64,000 nucleotides of DNA from Longimicrobiales bacterium (lineage in GTDB: Bacteria > Gemmatimonadota > Gemmatimonadetes > Longimicrobiales > Gaopeijiaceae), in NCBI GenBank assembly GCA_965238005.1, contig OZ250165.1, forward strand, positions 3,264,001 through 3,328,000, read 5' to 3'. Each line of letters begins with the position of its first letter. Position 1 is the first letter of the stretch. Of the stretch, positions 9,867-18,956 are shown in pieces. The position numbers were made by a program, and so were the translations under genes. Under the pieces are notes generated by a model. That model was given only the letters and a program-made list of their open reading frames with translations. It was not told the DNA's origin and did not search any database.

Positions 9867-11447
9867 ATGCCGTCCAAGCTCCCTCGCCTGGCTCATCTCG
9901 TCCTGGCGATCCTTGTACCCACGGGGCTCTCCGCACAACAAGATCCCGCCCGGACCGGCTCACGAACGCTGCCGACCGACTCCTGGACCTACGAGGCGAT
10001 CGAGCGGCTACGGCACAGAGGCTTCTTGCCGGAGATCAGCCCGATCGCGCAGCCCTACCGTCGAATCGACGTCGCAGCCGGATTGGCAGGAGTAGATCCG
10101 CAAGCTCACCAGGAGCCTATCGCCGCATGGATCCGTATCCTCCGCGAGGAGCTCGCTCCCGAGTTGGCACGACTCGAGGGCACAGATGACGCTACCACGC
10201 GGATAGGTGCGGAGATCCGACTTGGTGGGACGGCGGCGGACAGCCGGCGGCGCGATCCCCTCGTGCCGTTCCGAAGCACGGAAGAGGAGACGATCGAGGA
10301 TCGGGTATGGCCGTTCAACGCGGAAAGCGTGTGGCTCGAAACACACGGCGCCGCCATCGTGCTCGACCTCTACGCCGACCATTGGCACTACGCGGACAGC
10401 GGAGACCCCGACGGCGTGTCACCCTCTGGGTTCCTGTTCCTGCTACGCCGGAGCGACAACGCCTATGTGACGGCCGCCTTCCCCTGGGGAAACGTGTGGC
10501 TGGGAAGGATGCGACGGAACTGGGGCCCCATCGGCCGAACCGGCCTGATGTTGTCCGGCAACCCAGTGGCCTACCCGCAGTTCGGCTTGGATATCGGTCG
10601 CGGAAGGGTCGCAGTCCGATTCATGACGGGCGAGCTCGAGGCGGTCGACGGTCGCACCCGGTACTTCATGGCGAACAGGGTCGACTACGGCACGCCCAAC
10701 TTCTGGATCTCCCTCGGCGAGGCGAAGATCTTCTCGGCGGAGCGCCACTCCGCGCTCCGGTTCCTGAACCCGGCGGAGCTGCTGATCTTCGATCACGACA
10801 GCGAGCCCACCGACGTCACCGGCAACCTGATGTTCAACGGGCTCCTTTGGATGCGCCTCGGCGAAAGCACGGTCTACGGTGAGCTGGTGATCGACGACTT
10901 CGACCTCGATCCGTTCCTGGGCGGAACCGACCGTGATTCCGAGCCGATCAACTTCCAGTTGAGCATGGGCGCCCGATACCACGGGGTGTCGCCAAGGGTC
11001 GAGCTGGGACTCGACTACCGTCGCGTGTCGGCGTGGTCGTACCGGTCCCCTCCGGTCGCCGAGCGGTGGAGCTATCTGGATCAAGGTCTCGCAGATCCCT
11101 GGGCCGACTACGATCGGCTGGAACTCAGAGGGGATCTTTATCTCAATGTGGTGGGGCTGCGCCTCACGCCGATCATCCAGTTCCAGCGCATGGGCGAGGG
11201 TGACTACCGGGAGCCTTTCCCTGCCGATTACCTGGGCCAGCCATCCAACTTCCTCGGCGTGATGGAGACGACGCGTCGAATCGCAATACAAGGGCGCTAC
11301 CAGCCGCGGCGACAGATCTTCATCGAGTGGGACGTCGGGAGGAGCTTCATCTCCAACGCCGACCATATGGACAGAGTGGACGAGAACCGGTTCTCGTATC
11401 TGGTCCGCCTGGGCATGACCTTCGACTTCCATGGAAGCCTTCGATGA
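9867..11447 (+). CDS. Capsule assembly Wzi-family outer membrane beta-barrel
   Basis: Signal peptide from ATG 9867 (MPSKLPRLAHLVLAILVPTGLSAQ); GRMRRNWGP...LMLSGN motif; alternating beta-strand pattern. Confidence 0.7.
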   Translation: MPSKLPRLAHLVLAILVPTGLSAQQDPARTGSRTLPTDSWTYEAIERLRHRGFLPEISPIAQPYRRIDVAAGLAGVDPQAHQEPIAAWIRILREELAPELARLEGTDDATTRIGAEIRLGGTAADSRRRDPLVPFRSTEEETIEDRVWPFNAESVWLETHGAAIVLDLYADHWHYADSGDPDGVSPSGFLFLLRRSDNAYVTAAFPWGNVWLGRMRRNWGPIGRTGLMLSGNPVAYPQFGLDIGRGRVAVRFMTGELEAVDGRTRYFMANRVDYGTPNFWISLGEAKIFSAERHSALRFLNPAELLIFDHDSEPTDVTGNLMFNGLLWMRLGESTVYGELVIDDFDLDPFLGGTDRDSEPINFQLSMGARYHGVSPRVELGLDYRRVSAWSYRSPPVAERWSYLDQGLADPWADYDRLELRGDLYLNVVGLRLTPIIQFQRMGEGDYREPFPADYLGQPSNFLGVMETTRRIAIQGRYQPRRQIFIEWDVGRSFISNADHMDRVDENRFSYLVRLGMTFDFHGSLR

Positions 11448-11453
11448 CGGCGC

Positions 11454-12092
11454 GTGACTGACTCCGACCACCGTCCGGCGGTTGTGACTCTCGCCGCCGG
11501 GAGCATCGCAACTTGCCTGCGCGCCGCTCTTGCAAGCACCGGGCTCATCCGCCCGGTCGATTTCTTCCGGCACGAGAAGTACTACGCTCTGGCCGAGCAC
11601 TACCGTGGGAGGATTCTCGATCTCGGCACCGGAACGGGCCACTACTCGGCGTTCCTCGGCTCACTGGGCCATTCCGTCGTGGCCATGGATGTTTCGGACA
11701 CCAGCGAGCACGAGCAGATTCGGCCTATCATCTTCGACGGCCACACGATTCCCTTCGAGGACGATACGTTCGACTTGGTGCTGTGCATGTTCGTCTTGCA
11801 TCACTTGGGGCATCAGGATGAGCTGCTCACCGAGATGCGACGCGTCACGCGTCGCTCCGTTATCGTCGCCGAGGATCTCCGCGAGAATGCCTGGGACGGA
11901 TTCTGGTCGGGCGCGCACACTCGGTTCACAGACTGGGGGCGAGCCCAGGGGAGCTTCCACTCGGACTCGGAGTGGAGGGAGCGGTTCCGCCGCCAAGGGC
12001 TCCCCGTACGGGAACGCCTGACGATTCCACGCTGGCGGCTCCCCTATTACCCGGTCCTCCGCGCGGTGTACGTGCTCGGCGTGGAGCAGTGA
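11454..12092 (+). CDS. Class I SAM-dependent methyltransferase
   Basis: ILDLGTGTG; IPFEDDTFDLV; VLHH. Confidence 0.88.
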   Translation: MTDSDHRPAVVTLAAGSIATCLRAALASTGLIRPVDFFRHEKYYALAEHYRGRILDLGTGTGHYSAFLGSLGHSVVAMDVSDTSEHEQIRPIIFDGHTIPFEDDTFDLVLCMFVLHHLGHQDELLTEMRRVTRRSVIVAEDLRENAWDGFWSGAHTRFTDWGRAQGSFHSDSEWRERFRRQGLPVRERLTIPRWRLPYYPVLRAVYVLGVEQ

Positions 12093-12096
12093 CCGT

Positions 12097-13932
12097 ATGA
12101 GCGTCGGCATGTTGGTGATCGCGGGCCTGTGGGGGCTCATCTTTCTCGTTTTCACTGGAGTGGGAGTCGGCCTCCTCAGGGGGATCGGCTCACGCCGATT
12201 CGACGCGCAGGAGGTCTTCCTCGGGTTCTGGCTCGGGTACGCGGCGGCGATTTCGTTTCTACAACTCTGGCACCTCGTAGCCCCGATCTCACCGGTCTGC
12301 TTCCAGGTATTGGGGGCCGGTGCCTTGATAGGATGGGCGTCCCGCGGCGTCCACGTCGGGGAGTGGTGGCGCGTGAACCGCCACCGGTCGCTGGACCGCC
12401 TGCCTCGACTGGCCCTATTGGCCTTGGCGTGGTCCCTTTTCGCGGTCTGGCTGTCTAACCGGGCGCTCGCTCCGATCACACCTCAAGACGCCGGGATCTA
12501 CCATCTGGGCTCGATCCGTTGGGCTCAGCAGTTCGCGATCGTCCCCGGCCTCGCCAACCTCCATGGCCGCTTCGGTTTCAATAGCTCGCATCTCTTGGTG
12601 CTGGCGATGCTCGACCTGGGGTCCTGGGCACCGAGCTTCCATCACCTGACGAGCGGGCTGCTGCTCCTCGTGTCCTCGACCCACGCCTGGTGGCTCCTCG
12701 GTCAGCTGATCCAAAGACAAGCCCTCGCCGGAGCCGAAACGCTAATAGGCGCCCTCCCTCTCGCCGGGCTTGCGCCGTATTACTTCCTGGAGGCGAGCGC
12801 GACCTCGACAGACCTGCCGGCCCTACTGCTCGGCCTCACGTTGGGTGTCTCGTTCTTTCGAGTTCTCTTCCCCCGCGAACCGGATCGGGTCCCCATCGAC
12901 GTCTTCGCCGTCGTGGTGCTCGCTGCCGCGGGCGTCTCGGTCAAGCTGTCCTTCGTCTTGCTTGGTCTCCCGGTGGCGACCGTGGCTGCGGTGGTCGCCG
13001 CGCACCGTCCGGGGGCGAAGATGTCGGGCGCGCGGAGCGTCCTGATGGTAGCGGCGGTCATGGCCGCCGTGACCCTGGGCACCTGGGCGACACGCGGGGT
13101 GATTCTCACGGGATACGTGGCCTACCCAGCGTCGTCCGCCCTGAGAACGGACGTGGCGTGGCGCGTCCCTGCCGATCAGGCGAGGTGGGAACGTGCATAC
13201 ATCGACGCATGGTCACGGACGCCGATGGATCCTCCAGCCGAGCAGTATCCGTACGACACCGCCGAGCGCCTGCAAGCGAGGGTGACTGGGGGGGGCTGGC
13301 TCGCGCCCTGGCTCGCCCGCACGCTCCTTCGGTTCGACCTGGTGACGGTGCCGCTGATCTTGTTCGGAGCGGGCCTTGCGGTGCGTGGACGCACCTGGGA
13401 CCGAGACCGAGAAGGCTGCGGGCGTGGCGCACTCTTCCTCGCCCCAGTTGGGATCGCCGTCGTCCTCTGGTTCTTGACCGCACCCGCGCCACGCTTCGCC
13501 GGCGCGACGTTCTGGCTTCTCGGAGCCGGAGCGTGTGCCCTCGCTTTCGAGGGAACACTCAACTCCACCCGCACAAGCCTGTCCCGGTGGGTGGCCGGAC
13601 TCGTCGTTCTTCTCTTCACGATCTCGATGACTGCGTCGTGGATCGTAGCCGCCCGTCGCTATCCCTGGAGCCTGTGGGTCACACCCGCCCCGGGCGGGGG
13701 TTTACATCCGATCCCGCAAGCGGAGGTGCGAACTGTTGTCTATCCGTCTGGCCTGGTCGCGCGCTGGGCGCCCGATACGCGGTGCTGGGACGCACCAATC
13801 CCTTGCGCGGGGAGTCGGCCGAATCCGAGCCTCCGATTGCGAACACCAGGAGAGCTGCAGAGCGGATTCGCACTCGAGCCCTACGAGGGCCGGGCCGAGG
13901 ACGCCATGCTACTATTCCGTCTCGATCCCTGA
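12097..13932 (+). CDS. Polytopic membrane protein (LIC_10190-like, probable GT-C-type fold)
   Basis: Many TM helices; DAGIYHLGSIRW...PGLANLHGRFGFNSS and WF..AP.PRF motifs. Confidence 0.6.
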   Translation: MSVGMLVIAGLWGLIFLVFTGVGVGLLRGIGSRRFDAQEVFLGFWLGYAAAISFLQLWHLVAPISPVCFQVLGAGALIGWASRGVHVGEWWRVNRHRSLDRLPRLALLALAWSLFAVWLSNRALAPITPQDAGIYHLGSIRWAQQFAIVPGLANLHGRFGFNSSHLLVLAMLDLGSWAPSFHHLTSGLLLLVSSTHAWWLLGQLIQRQALAGAETLIGALPLAGLAPYYFLEASATSTDLPALLLGLTLGVSFFRVLFPREPDRVPIDVFAVVVLAAAGVSVKLSFVLLGLPVATVAAVVAAHRPGAKMSGARSVLMVAAVMAAVTLGTWATRGVILTGYVAYPASSALRTDVAWRVPADQARWERAYIDAWSRTPMDPPAEQYPYDTAERLQARVTGGGWLAPWLARTLLRFDLVTVPLILFGAGLAVRGRTWDRDREGCGRGALFLAPVGIAVVLWFLTAPAPRFAGATFWLLGAGACALAFEGTLNSTRTSLSRWVAGLVVLLFTISMTASWIVAARRYPWSLWVTPAPGGGLHPIPQAEVRTVVYPSGLVARWAPDTRCWDAPIPCAGSRPNPSLRLRTPGELQSGFALEPYEGRAEDAMLLFRLDP

Positions 13933-14095
13933 GCCCGAACAGACCAGGCAGGCCAGCAGCCAGTGAACGCTCTGAACAACCTCGTGAAGACCGTCGTGGA
14001 AAGCCATTTCGCAACCGGCTCCGCTATCGGCCCGGGCGCAATCCCGAACGCCGGTGGAGTCCAGGGCATGGACGCGATGCAGGGCACAGGACGGA

Positions 14096-14473
14096 ATGTC
14101 TATGCATCTCCCCGGCAGCTTCGCCGACCACATGGTGCCGGGATCGCTCTTCCTCCCCCATCGGAGCCACGGTGTGATGCCGACCGCAATGCATCTCTTG
14201 ATCGTGTTCGAATTCTGGGCGCTGGGAGTAGCTGTAGCCCTCGAGGGACTGGGCGTGCCCCAGGCGGTCATGCTGTGGTTCCGGACCGGGCTCTTGCTCC
14301 TGCTTGCTACCTGGTTCGTTCAGGTCTCGTTCTCGTTGTACGTCGTCGGACTTCCGACGGACAGGACCGGGGCCGAGCGGTCGTTCGTCTTTTTCGCATG
14401 GCACGTACTCACGATCAGTGCTGCCCTCTTCGGGCTCCGTGCCCTGAAACCCCGGGGCACGGGCAACCAGTGA
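14096..14473 (+). CDS. Short TMEM45/DUF716-like membrane protein, apparently internally deleted
   Basis: GSFADHMVPGSLFL, RTGLLLLLATWFVQVSFSLY and FFAWH resemble TMEM45 motifs; only ~125 aa. Confidence 0.45.
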   Translation: MSMHLPGSFADHMVPGSLFLPHRSHGVMPTAMHLLIVFEFWALGVAVALEGLGVPQAVMLWFRTGLLLLLATWFVQVSFSLYVVGLPTDRTGAERSFVFFAWHVLTISAALFGLRALKPRGTGNQ

Positions 14474-14552
14474 CCGGGTGGGCTTCCACAGCGGTCCGCA
14501 TGCATATTCCTGCGTGGGAAGTCGCTCCTCCGCAGACCGTCGCCCTTCATCT

Positions 14553-15257
14553 ATGATCCCCCGCATCATCCATCAAACCTGGAAGGACCGTGACGTGCCC
14601 GCGCGGTTCCAGGAGGCACAAGCGAGTTGGTAAGAAGCACACCCGGATTGGGAGTATCGCTTGTGGACCGACCGGGACCTCGAGGGCCTGATTAATGAAC
14701 GGGCCCCGGAGCTGGCGCCGCTGTATGCCGCATACCCAGAGAACATCCAACGCGTAGACGCCGCCCGATATGTCATTCTCCGGGAGTTCGGTGGACTGTA
14801 TGCCGACCTGGACATACAGTGTCTCAAGCCCGTCGACGGTCTCCTCGATGCTCAGGTCGTTCTGCCGCGCACCACGCCGTTCGGCGTGTCGAACCAGCTC
14901 ATGCTATCCGTACCCGACCACGCACTCTTCCATCACGCGGTGGCGTCTTTGCCGGCGGCCTTCGCGAAGCACCGGCGCCTGTGGCCACGCCACGTCCGGA
15001 TCCTCTCGACGGCCGGCCCGTTGTTCCTGACGGATTGCCTTCGGACGTTCGGCGACGTCCAAGGGCTCCGGACCCTCACACTCGATGAGCACGGTCATGG
15101 GAAGCCACACCTCGCCTACGTACGCCACCTCCGGGGCAACACCTGGGCGGAATGGGATACGCATGTGATCAACTTCTTCCACGACCATTGGAAGGTCCTG
15201 GCGGCTGGAGCCGCCGGATCGGCCGCGGCTGCAATCCTCATCCGGGCCCTGCTTTGA
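14553..15257 (+). pseudogene. GT32 (SUR1/CSH1/Och1-like, DXD) mannosyltransferase with in-frame TAA at 14631-14633
   Basis: MIPRIIHQTWK...ASW*EAHPDWEYRLWTD...RVDAARY.IL..FGGLYADLD; the reading frame is the same on both sides of the stop. Confidence 0.85.
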
Positions 15258-16243
15258 GCAGCGCCGGTTCGCGCAAGCGGTGGTGGTGGCTGCTCGGGTG
15301 TCTTCTGCTCACCGTCTTCGTCGTGGTCACATTCCGGAATGTCGCCTGGCGGGAAGCCCTGAATCTCGCGCTCGGGGCGTCGTGGGAATGGCTCGCAATC
15401 GCGGTCTTCGCGAACGGCGGGATCCTGCTGTTCACGGCATGGCAGTGGATGGTATTCCTCCCCAGCTCGGGCTCGGTGGGCCTCGGAACGATGCTGTGGA
15501 TCACGGCGGTCACCTCCACCATCTCCAACGGGGGTCCGTTTCTCGCGGGGCACGCGACCGGAATCCATTTGCTCGCCACGCGGGGAGGGGTCGGATATGC
15601 GACGGCTGTCTCCGTGAAGGCGCTCGATCAGCTCGCCGAAGGAATCGCCAAGCTCATGCTGTTCGGCCTGACGATCGCCCTTTTCCCCCTTCCGGGCGCC
15701 GTTCGTGGCGGCGCAGTGAGCCTGCTCGGCCTGGTGGCGGCCTTCGGTGCTGCACTCCTACTTGCCGCCCACCGCGGGCACCACCTGGAACGGCTGGCCG
15801 ACCGTTGGCACGGGTGGCGTGGTCGCACCGTCGGGTTCCTGGGTACAGCCGCGTCGCAACTCGAGGCCCTGCGACAGCCGCGAGTGTTCTTCATGGCGAT
15901 CGGGCTCGGCGCTGCGCAGAAGGTCGTCGAAGGCCTCGCCATCGTCGCGGTGCTTATGGCACTCGGAGTCTCCTTGCCGTTCTGGGGTGTGCTCCTTGTT
16001 CTCTCGGCCGTGAGCCTCTCGACCATGGCGTCGTTCACTCCGGCGAATGTGGGGATCTACGAAGGGAGCGCGGTCGTCGCCTACGTGTTCTTGGGGATCG
16101 ACACCGAGGCCGCGATCGGGATCGCAGTGCTACAGCATGTGGCGTATCTGGTCCCCATGGCTGGAGCCGGGTGGGTGGTGCTGCTCGCCACCGGGAGCAG
16201 CCTCAGGACCGCAGCTGGCACGTCACGCGTGCAGAGTAAATAG
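15254..16243 (+). CDS. Lysylphosphatidylglycerol-synthase TM-domain (flippase-like) membrane protein
   Basis: ~8 TM helices; TPANVGIYEG motif; TTG start overlaps the GT32 stop. Confidence 0.8.
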   Translation: MSSAGSRKRWWWLLGCLLLTVFVVVTFRNVAWREALNLALGASWEWLAIAVFANGGILLFTAWQWMVFLPSSGSVGLGTMLWITAVTSTISNGGPFLAGHATGIHLLATRGGVGYATAVSVKALDQLAEGIAKLMLFGLTIALFPLPGAVRGGAVSLLGLVAAFGAALLLAAHRGHHLERLADRWHGWRGRTVGFLGTAASQLEALRQPRVFFMAIGLGAAQKVVEGLAIVAVLMALGVSLPFWGVLLVLSAVSLSTMASFTPANVGIYEGSAVVAYVFLGIDTEAAIGIAVLQHVAYLVPMAGAGWVVLLATGSSLRTAAGTSRVQSK

Positions 16244-16359
16244 TGAGCTCGGAATCGCGGCTGCCGGTGAAGGAGGGGAGATTATTGCGTTCAAGTTCGG
16301 GGGCAGCGAGGTTGCTGAACCGATCGACTGAACGAACAGGGATGCCGCAAGGGTCGACC

Positions 16360-17232
16360 ATGTCCATCAAACGACTCTCACTCTTGACGCTCTGGGCCGG
16401 ACTCGCGTCAGCAGGTGCTACATCCCTGGCGGCCGTTCCGATGCCCGTGGCGGCGCAGGCAGCCACCGTCAAGAACATGGATTCGGCATCGGCTCCTCAC
16501 GACCCGGCCATGACAAACGCTGCTTTTTCGGAAGCCGATCCGAGGGTCACCGAGGCGGACAGACTCTTTCGAGAGCACCGCGTCACCGAATCGCTGCAGA
16601 TGCTCGAGGACATCCTCGACGTGCAGCCCGAGAGCTACCAAGCGCTGCTGGCCGCGGCCCGCTCAGCCATCGCTCAGGGGCTCCTCGCCGAGGGGAGCGA
16701 CATACAGAACCAGTGGTACAGGATCGGGGAGTCCACCGCTCTTCGGGCCACCGAGGTCGTGCCAAAGGGTCTCGACGGGCTGTATTGGCTCATGACCGCG
16801 AAGGGTCTCCGAGCCGTCCAGTCGGGGGCCGCAGACGCCTCGGCGCTCGGTAGGGAGGTGTACGACCTGGCCCACCAGATCCTGGCGGTGGATTCCCTGC
16901 ATGCCGGCGCACACCACGCCCTCGGCGTTCTCAACTACGAGGTGCGGAAACTCTCGCGCATCAAGCGCTTTATCGCGAGATATTTCCTCGGAGGTGGCGT
17001 CATGGGTTTGACCAGTTGGGAGGACGCCGAGCGGTACCTCACGCGCGCCGTGGAGCTGAGGCCCAACTACATCCTCTTCCATCTGGACCTCGGGAGCATG
17101 TACCTGAACCGCGGCCGGAAGGAAGAGGCCCGAAGTCACTTTGAGCGAGCGTTGGAGCTCCCCGTCTTCGAACCGCCGGACGGCCGGTTTCAGGTGATGG
17201 CGGAGCGCCATCTTGCGGAGACGCTCGACTAG
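16360..17232 (+). CDS. Exported TPR-like helical repeat protein
   Basis: Signal peptide; TPR-like repeats (AHHALG, AERYLTRAVEL.P, ARSHFERALEL). Confidence 0.7.
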   Translation: MSIKRLSLLTLWAGLASAGATSLAAVPMPVAAQAATVKNMDSASAPHDPAMTNAAFSEADPRVTEADRLFREHRVTESLQMLEDILDVQPESYQALLAAARSAIAQGLLAEGSDIQNQWYRIGESTALRATEVVPKGLDGLYWLMTAKGLRAVQSGAADASALGREVYDLAHQILAVDSLHAGAHHALGVLNYEVRKLSRIKRFIARYFLGGGVMGLTSWEDAERYLTRAVELRPNYILFHLDLGSMYLNRGRKEEARSHFERALELPVFEPPDGRFQVMAERHLAETLD

Positions 17233-17317
17233 CTAGGTACTAGCCACCTCTTCCAGAGCAAGCCGCACCGCACGTGATCGTTTCCCACCGGCACCGGTTC
17301 GTTTTCCTGAGACTGTC

Positions 17318-18523
17318 GTGAATACCGTCAAGGAAATGAGTTTCCGTCTCCGAACGAAGGTCTCGTACTGGACTGCCATCCCGCCCCTGACGCTCATCCT
17401 TCTCTCCGGCTGCAGCCGTCCGGTGTTGATCGGCGCGACGAGTCTAGCGGTCGCGGCAATGGCCGTCGACGGGGGGGATGATCGCGAGTCGAGCGTCCCT
17501 GACGAAGGCCCTTTCTTCTATCGAGGTCGCGACTTCGGCACGGATGCCTATGCGGGTCCGTTCGACGTGATTCTCAACAAAGGGTTCGCCACGGCGCAGT
17601 GGGTGGAGTTCTGGGGGGACTTCGATCGGCGCCTGATCTTCTCAAACCCGTATGAGTGGAAGGGCGTGTGGCATTCCGTCCGACATCCAGGCGAAGCGGC
17701 GGACGGCGACGGGGGTTGGGGATGGCTTCTGAGGAACCAGGCGATCCCGTTCTCGACCAGTGACTGGAAGAGCTGGTCGTGGGCATCGAACTACACCGGT
17801 CACGTCCTCGAGGGAGGCATCGCGAATCGGCGGCTGACCAAGTGGTACGAAGCTCACGGAGTGCCAGCCGCGGCACTCCTCGCGGGCATTACCACGATGG
17901 GCGCTTCGGTGATCAACGAGGCATACGAGGGCGGGGGGAGCGGTCCGTCGGGGTCGACCATGCTCGACCTACTGGCGTTCGATCTCGGGGGCGTGCTCCT
18001 CTTTCAGAGCGACTGGGTGTCGCGCTTCTTCGCCCAGCGCGCGGGGGCGGCGATCTGGCCGACACAGGCCTCGATCACCGCACCGGATGCCCGGCTCATC
18101 AACAACGGGCACCATCTCGTTTTCAAGGTGCCCCTTCGTTTCTCCGAGTCCGCATCACTGTTCGTGAAGACTGGCTTGGGGCTCCAAGTCGGCCTCTCGT
18201 TCAAGCGCACGGACGGCACCAGCGTGAGCTTCGGCGTTGGGGGCGAGTCCAAATCCTATTTCATCGACCCGGACACGCACCAGGAAAGGGCTGAGTTCGG
18301 GCTCGCGGCGGGCCTTTGGTGGGATCGGGACAATACGCTCCTTGCCAGCCTACTCCTGGACGAGTCGTCGCACCGATTCCTCGCGCTCAACGTGTATCCC
18401 GGAGTCCGGAACATTGCGGACGGACAGCTGGGGCTGTGGTTCAGCTTGGACCAGGAGCGCAATCCGTATTTCGGCATCACTGGCCGAAAGAGCCTCGGTA
18501 TGGGATTGGGGTTCGGATTCTGA
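17318..18523 (+). CDS. Hypothetical exported/outer-membrane protein (possible lipoprotein)
   Basis: LLSGC lipobox-like sequence; beta-strand-rich C-terminal half ending in Phe. Confidence 0.55.
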   Translation: MNTVKEMSFRLRTKVSYWTAIPPLTLILLSGCSRPVLIGATSLAVAAMAVDGGDDRESSVPDEGPFFYRGRDFGTDAYAGPFDVILNKGFATAQWVEFWGDFDRRLIFSNPYEWKGVWHSVRHPGEAADGDGGWGWLLRNQAIPFSTSDWKSWSWASNYTGHVLEGGIANRRLTKWYEAHGVPAAALLAGITTMGASVINEAYEGGGSGPSGSTMLDLLAFDLGGVLLFQSDWVSRFFAQRAGAAIWPTQASITAPDARLINNGHHLVFKVPLRFSESASLFVKTGLGLQVGLSFKRTDGTSVSFGVGGESKSYFIDPDTHQERAEFGLAAGLWWDRDNTLLASLLLDESSHRFLALNVYPGVRNIADGQLGLWFSLDQERNPYFGITGRKSLGMGLGFGF

Positions 18524-18551
18524 TGGAGCGCCGCACTCAGTAAGCCTGGGC

Positions 18552-18830
18552 TCAGTCTGTCACGGGTTCCATTCGCTGTCGACGCAGCCGCATTGAGTCG
18601 GTCCGGAACGCCGGGATAAAAAGACCCAGCACATGCGCTCGCAGCAGATACCAGAGGAGTGACGGCTCGTTCAGGGATGGATCGATGCTGCGCTCGACCT
18701 CCCGGTGTGCGGCCGGCGCCAGGCTCCAATGCATGCCGGGCTTGAAGTGGTGCACGGTGTGAATCCCATTGTTGAACATCAGGAAATTCAGCAGCCACCC
18801 CGCAATAGACCGTGTGTGATTCCACTTCTG
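18552..18830 (-). pseudogene. C-terminal remnant of a membrane fatty-acid desaturase
   Basis: KWNHTRSIAGWLLNFLMFNNGIHTVHHFKPGMHWS contains the third His box (HxxHH); the upstream His boxes are absent. Confidence 0.75.
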
Positions 18831-18956
18831 CTGGTAACATCCACTGACGGCTGGGTGGCGATTAAAGTCAGCAAGCGGAGGCGGAGATGGGGGCGGCTAG
18901 CCAAGTGGCGAACCAGATCCGGGACAGAAAGGGGCCGAGGCCGGATAGGCCCTTCG

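Noticed and set aside
14631..14633. Stop-codon reassignment or readthrough of TAA
   Set aside because: TAA terminates core genes here (rpsD, rplN, rplW), and this is an isolated case.
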